From positions 224,001 to 288,000 of the forward strand of contig CBDCJH010000002.1 of assembly GCA_965217775.1 (NCBI GenBank): DNA of 64,000 nt, given 5' to 3'. Numbering within the stretch: the first letter of the stretch is position 1; every line of letters starts with the position of its first letter. Positions 35,622 to 45,708 of the stretch are shown in pieces. The translations under genes and the position numbers were made by a program. This DNA comes from Acidobacteriota bacterium. Its GTDB lineage: Bacteria > Acidobacteriota > UBA6911 > RPQK01 > JAJDTT01. A model generated the notes under the pieces. That model worked only from the letters and a program-made list of their open reading frames with translations, was not told the origin of the DNA and searched no databases.

Positions 35622-36791
35622 TCATGCCCGGTTTCCCGCTCCCCACGCGGAAGTGAACGTATCACCCTCCTCGAAGCGGCTTGGCCGCAGTGGGTGGAGG
35701 TCGATCCTGGGATTCTGGCCCAGCATGATGCTGGCCAGGGATTCGCCGATGGGTGGTCCCAGCTTGAAACCGTGGCCACTCCCGCCGAAACAGGCATAGT
35801 AGCCGTCCGGGCCACCCTCAGGACCCACCACCGGATGCCAGTCATCGGTGATGGTGTAGATGGACGCCCATCCGCGGTCGAACTCGGCGTCTCGAAGTGA
35901 CGGAATGCGTCTGAAGAGTCCCCGCTCGATGCGGCGCCGGCTGTTCGCGTCCAGGCCGGCGTCGTAATCGTCGATGTCCAGCGGTTCGATTTCCTTGGGA
36001 TAGTCCAAGCCGGCCAGCAGTTTCCCTTGCCGTTGAGGCCGGAAATAAATGTGGCACCCGGGATCGGCGATGATGGGAAAGTGGCCGAAGTCCGACGGCA
36101 ACCGGAGCACCAGATCGACTTCCCGGCTCCAGCGGATGGAGTAGTGGCGGCCCGCTGACCTCCCCACGTGGAACCCCCAGGGTCCGGCGGCGTTGACCAC
36201 CAGCCGGGTCTGAATGACACCCTGGTCACTCTCGACCCCGCTGACACGGTCGCCGTCGACTCGAATCCTCCTTGCGGCGACGCCTTCTTGCGCGACCAGG
36301 CCCCACTTTGCCGCCGCCTGTACCAGTGTCCGTGTGGTCCGTACCGGGTCCGCGTAACCGCCGCGCGGCTGGTACGTTCCGCAGACGACTCCGTCCAGGT
36401 TGAACTGGGGCGCCAGTTCCTTGATCTCGTCCGGTCCGAGTTCCCGGGTCTCGGTGTGGTGTTCCCTCTCGGACTCGAGCACCCTTTTGCCGGCGGCGAC
36501 GTGCTCTTCCTCGAGCAGGATCATCATGCCGGTTCGCCGGAAGCCGGTGTCTCCACCCATTTCCTCATGATCGTTCTCGAACATCTCGAAGGACCGCAAG
36601 GCGAGCTGGACGGTGACGGGGTTGGAGTAGGAACAGCGGATGTTGGCCGCCGAGTGGCCCGTGCTCACCGCGGCCAGATGTCGCTTTTCCAGCAGAACCA
36701 CCTTGCCGACCCCCTTCTTGGCCAAGAAATGAGCCGTGCTGGCTCCCATGATGCCGCCGCCGATCACCACCGCGTCCGCTGTCTTTTGCAT
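35622..36791 (-). CDS. FAD-dependent oxidoreductase (DAO / sarcosine oxidase beta-like)
   Basis: VVIGGGIMG, STGHSAA, VNAAGPW, TDDWHPVVG, GSGHGFKLGP. ATG at 36791. Confidence 0.9.
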   Translation of the reverse strand: MQKTADAVVIGGGIMGASTAHFLAKKGVGKVVLLEKRHLAAVSTGHSAANIRCSYSNPVTVQLALRSFEMFENDHEEMGGDTGFRRTGMMILLEEEHVAAGKRVLESEREHHTETRELGPDEIKELAPQFNLDGVVCGTYQPRGGYADPVRTTRTLVQAAAKWGLVAQEGVAARRIRVDGDRVSGVESDQGVIQTRLVVNAAGPWGFHVGRSAGRHYSIRWSREVDLVLRLPSDFGHFPIIADPGCHIYFRPQRQGKLLAGLDYPKEIEPLDIDDYDAGLDANSRRRIERGLFRRIPSLRDAEFDRGWASIYTITDDWHPVVGPEGGPDGYYACFGGSGHGFKLGPPIGESLASIMLGQNPRIDLHPLRPSRFEEGDTFTSAWGAGNRA

Positions 36792-36812
36792 GGTTTGTCC
36801 CCCGTTGAGAGA

Positions 36813-36952
36813 AATACCAAATCCCAAGCACCAAATCTCAAACAAGCACCAAATTCCAAACGGGGACCGAGTTCCAGATAGACGGTGCATGAGGTTCGTT
36901 TCCGGTTTGTGATTGGTGCTTGCCCTGGCCTTGGTGCTTGGTAATTGTTTGA
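36813..36952. repeat. Heptamer-periodic imperfect inverted repeat element
   Basis: Left arm ACCAAAT CCCAAGC ACCAAAT CTCAAAC AAGC ACCAAAT TCCAAAC; right arm GTTTGTGATTGGTGCTTG..TTGGTGCTTGG; related copy at 48511..48598. Confidence 0.7.
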
Positions 36953-36977
36953 CACTTAATACCTGTATTGCTAGCCT
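36949..36977 (+). promoter_or_regulatory. Sigma70-type promoter for the TonB-dependent receptor
   Basis: TTGACA (36949-36954), 17-nt spacer, extended -10 TG-c-TAGCCT (36972-36977), about 80 nt before the ATG at 37057. Confidence 0.6.
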
Positions 36978-37056
36978 TTTTCGCAAGTTTAACTCCTTTC
37001 ACTTACCATCCCTCGGCGTCGGTGGCGTCTGCCGCCTTGCTGAGTGGGAGAAGACT

Positions 37057-40000
37057 ATGAACCCATCCACAGCTATCCGACGCCTATTCCTCGGTTCGTG
37101 TTTGGTCCTGCTGACTCTGGTGTCTCCATCATTGTGGGCTCAGGGCGTGGGGTCCATCCTGGGAACCGTAACCGACGACGCCGGCGCCGTCATTCCGGGA
37201 GTCGAAGTCACCCTGTTGAACGAACTGACCGGACTGGGACGGTCCACCGTCAGCAGCGACGTCGGTTACTACGAGTTCCGTCTGCTCCCCATCGGGGTCT
37301 ATACGGTGCGCGCGGAACTCTCCGGGTTTCAGGCTTCGCAGAGCACCGGAGTCGAGCTCGAGACGGACCGCCAGGCGCGGGTCGATATTCAGTTGCAGGT
37401 GGGGGAGATCACCGAGACCGTTACGGTCGAGGGAGAGCCTCCTCTGATCGAGACCGAGACGGCCACCGTGGGCGAGGTGGTCACCGGAAGACAGATTATG
37501 GACTTGCCTCTGGACAACCGGCAGTGGCTCCGGCTGGCGACGCTGACCACGGGGGCCACTCCGGCCGCCCGGGACTTCCGTTCTCGCGAGGCCGGAGGCC
37601 GGGGCGTGACCATGCCTGCGGTGTCCGGTGGACGTCCCGAGGACAACAACTACCAGCTTGATGGTGTCGACAACCGGGAAATCGGGAGAGCCAATTTCGC
37701 CATCTCGCCCTCCATCGAAGGAATCGCCGAATTCAAGGTGAGAACCGGCGTGGTATCGGCGGAGCATGGACGGGTGGCGAGCGCTTCCATCGACGTGGTC
37801 ACCAAGAGTGGCACCAACGAAATTCACGGCAGCGTCTTCGAGTTCCTTCGCAACGATGTCTTCGACGCCCGGAACTTCTTCGCGCGGGACGTCAGTCCGC
37901 TCAAGCGAAATCAGTTTGGCGGCGCGATCGGAGGTCCCATTATCAAGAACAAGCATTTCTTTTTCGGCACCTTCGAGGCGTTCCTCCAGGACATCTCGGG
38001 TAACCCTCGCGTCGGAGTCGTGCCCACTCCTGACATGCGTCAGGGTGTTTTCTCAAGTCAGATCCGAGACACCATCAACGACAATCAGCCATTTCCCAAC
38101 AACACGATTCCCCGGGACCGGATCGATCCCATCTCCGCGCGGGTGATGGAGTTCATTCCTCTGCCCAACAGTTCCGACCCGGTCCGAAACTTCAACTACA
38201 TCCGGGACCCGACGGAGGAGAACAAGTATCTGGCCACTATCCGGACCGATCACAACCTGGGCGACGACGACCAGTTGTTCGTGCGCTACTCGCTGGATGA
38301 CGAAGAGATCATCTCGGCTTCCTCCCTGCCCACCAGCGTGGGAGGCGTGGTCACCACGGTCAAGAGCCAGGGGATCGCCGTCCAGGAGACCCACACCTTC
38401 AGCCCCCAGGTCATCAATGAAGCGCTCTTCGGCTGGACCCGTTTCGATCACACTCGGCTCGACGAGCATGCATTGAGAGAGGAAAACATCGCCCAGCAGT
38501 TGGGAGTCGAACTGGTGGGTTTAGATGGTGACGCTCAGGGATTCGGATTTCCCAGTATTTCGATCCGAGGTTTCCTGGCACCCGCGGGGACGATTCCCCG
38601 TCCTCGCAGCACGGACATCATCCATCTTCGAAACACCACCTCCATCACCCGGAACAACCATACGGTTCGGCTGGGTGGCGAATTCCGGGCCTACGACAGC
38701 GACAACTTCAGTCCTGGACAACTGAACGGCAGCTTTACGTTTCAGGGAAGCTTCACCGGAAATTCCTTTGCCGACTTTCTGTTGGGCTGGCCGCTTCGGG
38801 CCTTCCGAAACATCGGGCCCGCGGCGCAGAACGCCTCCATGCAGTACTACGCCGCTTTTCTCCAGGACGATTGGAAGGTCACGGACCGGTTCACCCTGAA
38901 CCTGGGTCTTCGCTACGAGTTGGAGACCGCAATGTCCGAGGACGAGAACGAGTTGGCGCTATTCGATCTGAATACCGACACGGTCATGTTTCCGGAAGAC
39001 ACCCGTGGCGTCGTGGAGGCTTTCTACAGGGAAGTCCTCCCGGACATCCCGATTGGTTTCTTTTCCGGCGGCCTCTACCGGGCGGACAAGAACAATTTCT
39101 CTCCGCGCATCGGGTTTGCCTGGCGACCCTTCGGCCACACCAGCACCGTGATCCGGGGAGGAGGAGGGATTTACTACACGGCTCCCCAGATGACCACTTT
39201 GCTGGCCTCGGTGAGTGCTCCTCCCTTCTCGCGGCGTCCTCAACTGGTGTCCGATTCCGCTTACCCGGAGCTGCGCTGGAACCCGGCCGGAGGCCTGGAT
39301 CAGGCCATCAAGGGACCTTTCACCTGTTTCTGCATGGTCACCCACGATCTTCCCTATGCCTACATGGAGCAGTGGGCGCTCACCGTGCAGCAGAAGCTGA
39401 CTTCGGACATGGCGTTGGAGTTGGGCTACGTCGGGTCCCACACCCTGGATCTGTTCTCCTTCATGCAACGCAATCTGGCCCCGCCGGGTCCGGGAAATCC
39501 GATTCTGCGGGCGCCCCACGGGCGCCACTGGGCGCGTATCCAGTCGAGCGAGCACGGGTTCACCTCTCGCTACAACGGCCTGACCATGAAACTGGAGAAG
39601 CGAGCGGCGGCCGGGCTCTCCTTCCTGGCTGCGTATACCGTGTCCAAGGCCATCGACCAGGCTTCCACCTGGAATGCGGTGAGCATTTCCCGGCATGACA
39701 ACCGGCGCGAGCTGGAGACGGGGCGTGCCGATTTCGACACTCTGAACCGGTTTTCCTTCGCCTACTCCTATGAGCTCCCGTTCGGCCCCGGCCGTGCCCT
39801 GTGGGGCGACGCCACCGGCTTTGCCGCTCGTTTGGTCGAGGGCTGGGGGATCCGGGGCATCACCACGTTCATGAGCGGCTTCCCCTTCTTTGTCCGGATG
39901 TCGGGCGGAGTCACCAACATGGGAGCGGGGGCGGCCCCTCGGCCCTATCGGAGAGCGGACGGCAACCTGCCCGAGTCACAGCGGAACATCAACCGCTGGT

Positions 40001-40284
40001 TTGACACCGCCGCCTTCGAGATTCCTCCCCGGTACACCTTGGGAGACTCCGGCCGCAACATCCTGGTGGGACCCGGCTTCAGCAACTTCGATCTCTCCGT
40101 CGTCAAGAGGACCCAGATCACCGAGACCCAGCGATTCGAGTTTCGCGCCGAATTCTTCAACGCCTTCAATCATCCCAATTTCGGCTTTCCGGCAAACAAC
40201 GTCTCCACGGCCAGAACCTTCGGCTTCATCAGCGGAGCCGGCAATCCTCGCATCATCCAATTGGGGTTCAAGTACTACTATTGA
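37057..40284 (+). CDS. TonB-dependent receptor, Oar-like, with carboxypeptidase-regulatory-like N-terminal domain
   Basis: Signal peptide, GTVTDDAGAVIPGVEVTL, TKSGTNEIHGSVFEFLRND, QDDWKVTDRFTLNLGLRYE, FRAEFFNAFNHPNF, PRIIQLGFKYYY. Confidence 0.95.
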   Translation: MNPSTAIRRLFLGSCLVLLTLVSPSLWAQGVGSILGTVTDDAGAVIPGVEVTLLNELTGLGRSTVSSDVGYYEFRLLPIGVYTVRAELSGFQASQSTGVELETDRQARVDIQLQVGEITETVTVEGEPPLIETETATVGEVVTGRQIMDLPLDNRQWLRLATLTTGATPAARDFRSREAGGRGVTMPAVSGGRPEDNNYQLDGVDNREIGRANFAISPSIEGIAEFKVRTGVVSAEHGRVASASIDVVTKSGTNEIHGSVFEFLRNDVFDARNFFARDVSPLKRNQFGGAIGGPIIKNKHFFFGTFEAFLQDISGNPRVGVVPTPDMRQGVFSSQIRDTINDNQPFPNNTIPRDRIDPISARVMEFIPLPNSSDPVRNFNYIRDPTEENKYLATIRTDHNLGDDDQLFVRYSLDDEEIISASSLPTSVGGVVTTVKSQGIAVQETHTFSPQVINEALFGWTRFDHTRLDEHALREENIAQQLGVELVGLDGDAQGFGFPSISIRGFLAPAGTIPRPRSTDIIHLRNTTSITRNNHTVRLGGEFRAYDSDNFSPGQLNGSFTFQGSFTGNSFADFLLGWPLRAFRNIGPAAQNASMQYYAAFLQDDWKVTDRFTLNLGLRYELETAMSEDENELALFDLNTDTVMFPEDTRGVVEAFYREVLPDIPIGFFSGGLYRADKNNFSPRIGFAWRPFGHTSTVIRGGGGIYYTAPQMTTLLASVSAPPFSRRPQLVSDSAYPELRWNPAGGLDQAIKGPFTCFCMVTHDLPYAYMEQWALTVQQKLTSDMALELGYVGSHTLDLFSFMQRNLAPPGPGNPILRAPHGRHWARIQSSEHGFTSRYNGLTMKLEKRAAAGLSFLAAYTVSKAIDQASTWNAVSISRHDNRRELETGRADFDTLNRFSFAYSYELPFGPGRALWGDATGFAARLVEGWGIRGITTFMSGFPFFVRMSGGVTNMGAGAAPRPYRRADGNLPESQRNINRWFDTAAFEIPPRYTLGDSGRNILVGPGFSNFDLSVVKRTQITETQRFEFRAEFFNAFNHPNFGFPANNVSTARTFGFISGAGNPRIIQLGFKYYY

Positions 40285-40285
40285 T

Positions 40286-40355
40286 TTGGTATCAGTCCGC
40301 CGCTGGAGGAGTCGATGGGAGTGGGCGAGGGTCCCATTCCCGCTTGGCGGTGCCA
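40286..40355. terminator. Long GC-rich hairpin between convergent genes, possible bidirectional terminator
   Basis: GGGAGTGGG/CCCATTCCC inner stem and TTGGTAT..CCGCC/GGCGG..TGCCAA outer stem; no clear U-tract. Confidence 0.4.
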
Positions 40356-40425
40356 ACCGCACTCTGACCCGAACCCGTAGCGGACTTCGGAAGTCTTACT
40401 CCGGAATTGAATCAGACTTGGTGCT

Positions 40426-41586
40426 CTATTCGGCGATCCAGTCGGGATCGATACGCAGCAAGTCGCGCCGACTCACGCCGATGGATCGCTCGATCCGGTG
40501 GTAGCGGAGCAGAACGAACCCGTCGCTGATCTGGCACAGGAAGGGGTATCGCATGTTCGCGTTTCCCGGGTCAGGTGTGGAGGGTCCGGCGATCAGTTTT
40601 GAAGGACTCCAGGTCTTTCCGTCATCGCTGGATATCGCCACGTGCAGGTATTGGCGGCCCGCGCCCAAAACCCGCCCACCCGGGTAATTGTCCCAGTCGT
40701 TCCACGAGAGCATGAGCCTCCCATCCGCGAGTCTCAAGATTCCCGCGGGTGCGTTTGCCGCTTGGAACGTGGTGGGCGAGGAGGGTTCCCAACTGTTGCC
40801 GCCGTCGGACGAGAAGGTCTGGTAGAGCACTCCGTACTGGGAGCGAAAGATCATCCACACCCGACCGTCTTGCAGCTCGACCAGGACCGGCTCGATGGCG
40901 CCGGGATGACCCCGGCCCGGCCCGATGGAGATCCGGATGTCGTCCGGTCCCAGTTTCCAGGTTTCTCCCTGATCATCCGAGAAAATCACGATGATCCGAT
41001 ATTCGTATTCTCCCCTTTCAGGCAAGTAATTGTCGGTCGCGTAGTTTCCGGCCGTCAGGAGACGCCCATCGGAGAGTTCGATCATGGATTCGATGCACGG
41101 GAACCAGTGGTGTCCGACGTCGATCCGCTTGGGTTCGGTCCAGGTCCGGCCGCCGTCGGCAGATTTATTGTGGAGGAGCTCGGAGAGAGCGACGATCGTC
41201 GGGTCACCTCGCTTGGGATTGCGGTAGTAGCGAATGGAAAGCAGCTGGAGATTCCCTTTCCGGTCGAGGAGAAGGTAGGGACCCACCGACTGCCTGTAGA
41301 GGAACATCCTCCCGCGCCCGGCCGCGAACGAAAAAGCGATCTCCTCTTTCGACCAACTGCGTCCCAGGTCGTCGGAGTAACGAATGTAAGCCGGCGGCTC
41401 GGGACCGCTGAGCGCAGCATCTTTACTTGGACGCCCCAAGGTGTAGATGGTCAGCAGGCGTCCGTCCTGGAGTTGGACGATGTGACCGATCTTGCCATCG
41501 TAGTCGATGCGTTCGGGTCCGACTGCCGCCAGGGCATTGCCCCATGCGACCGACAAGCTCAGGAGCGAAAGGGCTACTCTTGGCAT
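40426..41586 (-). CDS. Secreted Asp-box sialidase-like protein (type A)
   Basis: Signal peptide; SDDLGRSW, SADGGRTW, SDDQGETW, SSDGGNSW, SSDDGKTW; IEP and RYP motifs. Confidence 0.85.
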   Translation of the reverse strand: MPRVALSLLSLSVAWGNALAAVGPERIDYDGKIGHIVQLQDGRLLTIYTLGRPSKDAALSGPEPPAYIRYSDDLGRSWSKEEIAFSFAAGRGRMFLYRQSVGPYLLLDRKGNLQLLSIRYYRNPKRGDPTIVALSELLHNKSADGGRTWTEPKRIDVGHHWFPCIESMIELSDGRLLTAGNYATDNYLPERGEYEYRIIVIFSDDQGETWKLGPDDIRISIGPGRGHPGAIEPVLVELQDGRVWMIFRSQYGVLYQTFSSDGGNSWEPSSPTTFQAANAPAGILRLADGRLMLSWNDWDNYPGGRVLGAGRQYLHVAISSDDGKTWSPSKLIAGPSTPDPGNANMRYPFLCQISDGFVLLRYHRIERSIGVSRRDLLRIDPDWIAE

Positions 41587-41677
41587 CGCGTCCTCCGATT
41601 CGGGGAAGGTGTGTAGTTTGTCGAGATCATAGACGGAGGCGGTTGAAAAAACCAGCTTGGAAAGGAGCCCCGCCGAC

Positions 41678-42658
41678 TCACGGAGATCGGCGAGGCCGGC
41701 CGATCAGAAGACCCGGAAACCTCGATCGGGCACGATCTTCCCCGGAAATTCCGTAAAAGACTCCGCGCGAATAGAGGAATTTGGTGTCACACAGTCCCAA
41801 TGGGAGGTTCGAGATCAAGACGTAGGTATCGTTGCGAGGATCGTAACGGTACACGTGATCCAGGAAGCGGTCGCTGTAGCCTCCGAACAGGTAGAGGAAA
41901 TTGCCGGCGGGCTCGGCCCACCAGGCACGGGCGGCCACGGGAGTCGAGCCTAGCCGTTCCCATTGCTCCGTAGCCGTGCGCAGCCGGTAGGCGTCGTCCA
42001 AGTTGGTGAGGGGATCCCCACGCTTCTTTTTCAAGGACCCACCGAAGAGATAGATGTCGCCATCGAACGAGGCGGCCGTATGGATGACCCGGGGGGACCC
42101 GGGTATCGGCGGCAGCCGGCGCCAGCGTAGGTCACGTAGATTCAGAACCCACGCCTCATTGGTCGCCCGATCCAGATCCGTGATGCTGGGTCCTCCCCCG
42201 AGCAGATAGATTCGCTCCCCGACGGCCGCTGCCGCCGTGTAGTAGAGGGAGGACGGAGTCTCTCCGATCCGAACCCATTTCGCGCCACTGAGGCGGTAGA
42301 TGTCCCGATGGGAGGATGTTTTTCCCACGCCGCCCAGCAGATAGAGAGAGTCCCGCACGGCCACCATGGCGCCGTAGGCCAGCGGGCGGGGCAGGGAAGG
42401 CCATTGCCGCCACTCGTTTCGCTCGGGATCGTAGTAGTCGACGCGATCCACCCAGAGCTTCTCCCCCGCTTTCCAATAGGTCCCTCCCGCCAGCACCAGA
42501 CCATCGCCGTGGCGGGCCGCGTAGTAGCCGCCCCGCGGCAAGGGGGGATCGGTTCCCCTGGACCAGGATATCCGGTTGGCGGTGGGAGCCAGCAGAGCAC
42601 CGCCCGTCGCCAGAAGTATCCCGGCCAACGCTAACTTCTGTCCAATTTCCATTGACAT
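41678..42658 (-). CDS. Secreted Kelch-repeat protein
   Basis: Repeated LYLLGG / IYLFGG ... YDP...W Kelch units; hydrophobic N-terminus. Confidence 0.88.
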   Translation of the reverse strand: MSMEIGQKLALAGILLATGGALLAPTANRISWSRGTDPPLPRGGYYAARHGDGLVLAGGTYWKAGEKLWVDRVDYYDPERNEWRQWPSLPRPLAYGAMVAVRDSLYLLGGVGKTSSHRDIYRLSGAKWVRIGETPSSLYYTAAAAVGERIYLLGGGPSITDLDRATNEAWVLNLRDLRWRRLPPIPGSPRVIHTAASFDGDIYLFGGSLKKKRGDPLTNLDDAYRLRTATEQWERLGSTPVAARAWWAEPAGNFLYLFGGYSDRFLDHVYRYDPRNDTYVLISNLPLGLCDTKFLYSRGVFYGISGEDRARSRFPGLLIGRPRRSP

Positions 42659-42767
42659 GAACGTCCGTCCAGCAACCGCGGCGAGTCGGTACAATCGGTG
42701 AAATCGTTGAGCTATAGTGGTTTCTAACACGACTCCACGACCCCGGACCAGCACAATCCAGGAGAGG

Positions 42768-43880
42768 ATGAAATCAATGAAACCCACCCGATGCTCCCTT
42801 GTCTGTCTCATTCTTCTTGCGGCGTATCCGTTCGGTCCAGCGGACACCACTTTGCAGGCAGAAAACTTCGAGGTCATGGTCGCGCCTCTGGTTCCCCACA
42901 AGCGCTACGGAGCCCCCGCGTTGGTGGAGCTGAAGGACGGCCGAATCCTCCTGGCGTACGATGAGTGGACCATCCTGGGTGAGACCAATGATTTCTCCGA
43001 CACCCTGGTGAAGGCCCGCTACTCGGAGGATGGTGGACGCACCTGGGGGCGTCCTTTCGTCCTGCAGGAGAACTTTTCGCGAATGGGCCGGATCGGAAAC
43101 CCGAACCTGTTCCGACTTCAAAGCGGCGGCATCGGGTTCGTCTACAGCGAGCTCAACTCACATACCGACAAAGTCTACTTCTTCAAGACCTCAACGGACG
43201 AAGCCGAAACCTGGTCCTCCCCGGTCCGGGTGACCGGCGAGCCCGCTTACTACGTCATGAACAACCATCGAGTCATCCAGCACAGCTCCGGACGACTCCT
43301 GGCCCCTTTCTGCTTCGTACCCGACATATCCAAGCGGCAAGACTATTCCTTTATCGGTTTCTGCTACTACTCGGATGATGACGGAGCTACGTGGCATCGG
43401 GGCAAGAAGGTGGAGCTGCCTCGGTATCCGGTGGGGATTCAGGAACCTGGTCTGGTGGAACTCAAGGACGGGTCGGTCCTGATGATCATCCGCAACGCCC
43501 ACGAGCGGGTCTACAGATCCGTCTCCCGAGATCGCGGGGAGAGCTGGTCCGACCCGAAACCCATGGAGCAGCTGGTGGCCCCCGTCGCTCCGGCGACCAT
43601 CATGCGGGTCCCTCGCACCGGAGATCTGGCAATTGTCTGGAATTACTCGCCCAAGGTCAGAACACCCTTGGCCATCGCCGTTTCCAAGGACGAGGGTGGA
43701 ACCTGGGAGAACATCAAGTACCTGGAGTCGGGATACTTTTCGTATGCCTACTGCGCCTTCCTCTTCCCGGCGAATTCCGACCGGCTGCTCCTCTGCTATT
43801 GGGTCAGGAACAGCCACCTGCAAGGGACCATCGGATTAAAGGTGAGGGGGATCGATGTGGAGTGGTTGTACGAGGAATGA
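42768..43880 (+). CDS. Secreted Asp-box sialidase-like protein (type B)
   Basis: Signal peptide; SEDGGRTW, STDEAETW, SDDDGATW, SRDRGESW, SKDEGGTW; QEPGLVEL, RTPL. Confidence 0.85.
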   Translation: MKSMKPTRCSLVCLILLAAYPFGPADTTLQAENFEVMVAPLVPHKRYGAPALVELKDGRILLAYDEWTILGETNDFSDTLVKARYSEDGGRTWGRPFVLQENFSRMGRIGNPNLFRLQSGGIGFVYSELNSHTDKVYFFKTSTDEAETWSSPVRVTGEPAYYVMNNHRVIQHSSGRLLAPFCFVPDISKRQDYSFIGFCYYSDDDGATWHRGKKVELPRYPVGIQEPGLVELKDGSVLMIIRNAHERVYRSVSRDRGESWSDPKPMEQLVAPVAPATIMRVPRTGDLAIVWNYSPKVRTPLAIAVSKDEGGTWENIKYLESGYFSYAYCAFLFPANSDRLLLCYWVRNSHLQGTIGLKVRGIDVEWLYEE

Positions 43881-43939
43881 GGAGGAAAATTCCAAACAGG
43901 CTATCGATCAGTGCTTTAGAAATGGGAGATTCTTGGAAA

Positions 43940-45586
43940 TTAATTCCCCAATATGACCGGCACAGACTGTTCCCTCGCTCGTCCTGAGACGTCGTCTTTG
44001 ATGTTCACGCGAAGGATGTATCGACTGCGAGGCAGGCGGCTGAGATCGAGTTCCGAAAGGAAGGCGATGTGGCTCTGGGTCAGTTCGGTGCCCGAAACGA
44101 GGCGCAGGCCTCGAACCATCTCACCATTCGGGCTGTAGATCCCTCCGGTGACGGTGACGTCAGGCCCTTGGGCCGCCTGGTCCACTTCCAGTTCCGAGAC
44201 CTCGAAGTAAACGGCGATTCTCCCCCGATTGACGATGGTCGATCCGATGGTCGGGAAGAACTTGTAGCCTCCCCAGATGACGAAGGGGTCGGTGATCTGG
44301 CGGTCTTGCTCTGGGGGAAGCACCTGCTCCGCCAACAGTATGGAACTCAAGAGCAACGCCTGCGGCTGGGACGGCGGGATCACGAATCCCTGTGCCAGGG
44401 TTCCCATCTCGCTGGAGGTGACGTCCTTGACCGCCGCTGTGAGCTTGTAGCGTCCCGGCTGGAGACGGGTTTTCTTCTGAAACAGGATGCGTTCTTTCTT
44501 GAGCGGACCCTCTCTCACTTCCCGGTAGAGTTCCTCTTCGAATTCGTAGACGACCCTCCGATTGAGGTCTTCAATCACGCCGTAGACGTGGGCCTCGGTC
44601 CGCAACAAGCCTTGGTCAAGCCGCCGGTAAGTCAGGTGATGGTTCGGGATCTCCAGCGTCAGGAAGACCAACCTCTGCCTTTCGGTCATGGGAAACCAGT
44701 CGGCCCTCGCTCGGACCGGAAGGTTGCCGTAGGTGACTCTGGTCCCGACGATGGCCTTCAGGTCGGCGAACTCGATCCGGGGCGGCCTCATAATGTCAAA
44801 GTGGTTGACGAGCCGGTCGAAGGGATTGTCCGAGGAGATGAAAGCGGACTCGCCCGGCAGCCCGGAAGGGCGCATCAGCAGACCGGAGCGGACCCGGCCC
44901 GCCCGATCGGTCAGTCCCATCTCCTCGCCCAGGGTGAGTCCAGCCAGACCCACCTGAAAGAAGGCGTCCTTTTCTGAATCCCGGAGTGCCAGCCGATATT
45001 CGCCACTTACGGTGGGGTCCACGAATTCCAACTCGATTCCGTCACCGACGCCATCGATGTGGCGGTAGAACCACCGCTCGAAGGGGTGGGTGGTGGTGCT
45101 TCCGCCTCCCTCCGACAGTCTGCGGTCGTACTTTCCGCCGGTCGGGTTTCGCTCTACACTGTCGGGAGGTCCCAAGGTGATGTAGATGCGGCCCCGGTCG
45201 GTGGCCCAACCGGGAAGTCCCGACCGAAAGTTCTCGTTGGAATAGGCGATTCGCCGGTAGTGCTCGGTCTGGAATTCATTGACGCCGTCACGCGGCGTGG
45301 GATCGCGTCTCTTCCAGAACTGCTCGATGAAACGGTCCCGCTCAGCGTCGGTGGTCAATCCTTCAAAGACCGACTTCTCTTCTGGAGTGATGATATAGAC
45401 CACGTCCTGCTCGACCCATTTCTTGTAGACGTCATGAAGCTCTTCGTTCCGCGACGGCTGGGCTGTGGCAAACCCCGGCAATACGGAGAAAAGGACTCCC
45501 CAGAGGACCGGCAGGAGGAGAAAATTTCGTATTGTTTGGAGGCCGCAAACAAGACAGGCGAGCAGGCTGGCGGCATCAGCACGCAT
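43940..45586 (-). CDS. GWxTD domain-containing protein
   Basis: YKKWVEQDVVYIITPEE, FIEQFWKRRDPTP, EHYRRIAYSNE, GWATDRGRIYITLGPPD. Confidence 0.93.
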   Translation of the reverse strand: MRADAASLLACLVCGLQTIRNFLLLPVLWGVLFSVLPGFATAQPSRNEELHDVYKKWVEQDVVYIITPEEKSVFEGLTTDAERDRFIEQFWKRRDPTPRDGVNEFQTEHYRRIAYSNENFRSGLPGWATDRGRIYITLGPPDSVERNPTGGKYDRRLSEGGGSTTTHPFERWFYRHIDGVGDGIELEFVDPTVSGEYRLALRDSEKDAFFQVGLAGLTLGEEMGLTDRAGRVRSGLLMRPSGLPGESAFISSDNPFDRLVNHFDIMRPPRIEFADLKAIVGTRVTYGNLPVRARADWFPMTERQRLVFLTLEIPNHHLTYRRLDQGLLRTEAHVYGVIEDLNRRVVYEFEEELYREVREGPLKKERILFQKKTRLQPGRYKLTAAVKDVTSSEMGTLAQGFVIPPSQPQALLLSSILLAEQVLPPEQDRQITDPFVIWGGYKFFPTIGSTIVNRGRIAVYFEVSELEVDQAAQGPDVTVTGGIYSPNGEMVRGLRLVSGTELTQSHIAFLSELDLSRLPRSRYILRVNIKDDVSGRAREQSVPVILGN

Positions 45587-45708
45587 GGGATCAATGAATG
45601 CGTCTATTCGACCGGATTGTTGCAGAGCTTCCCGTAGGGTTCAAGCTGGAGTTTCCCACCGTCCAGGGACCAGACTGGACCCGGCGCTCGCGACCAATTT
45701 CAACGGGC

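Noticed and set aside
36813-36952. N-terminal extensions of the TonB receptor (from 36913) and FAD oxidoreductase (from 36986)
   Set aside because: The extensions translate the non-coding repeat and promoter; better starts with RBS and family-typical N-termini are at 37057 and 36791.
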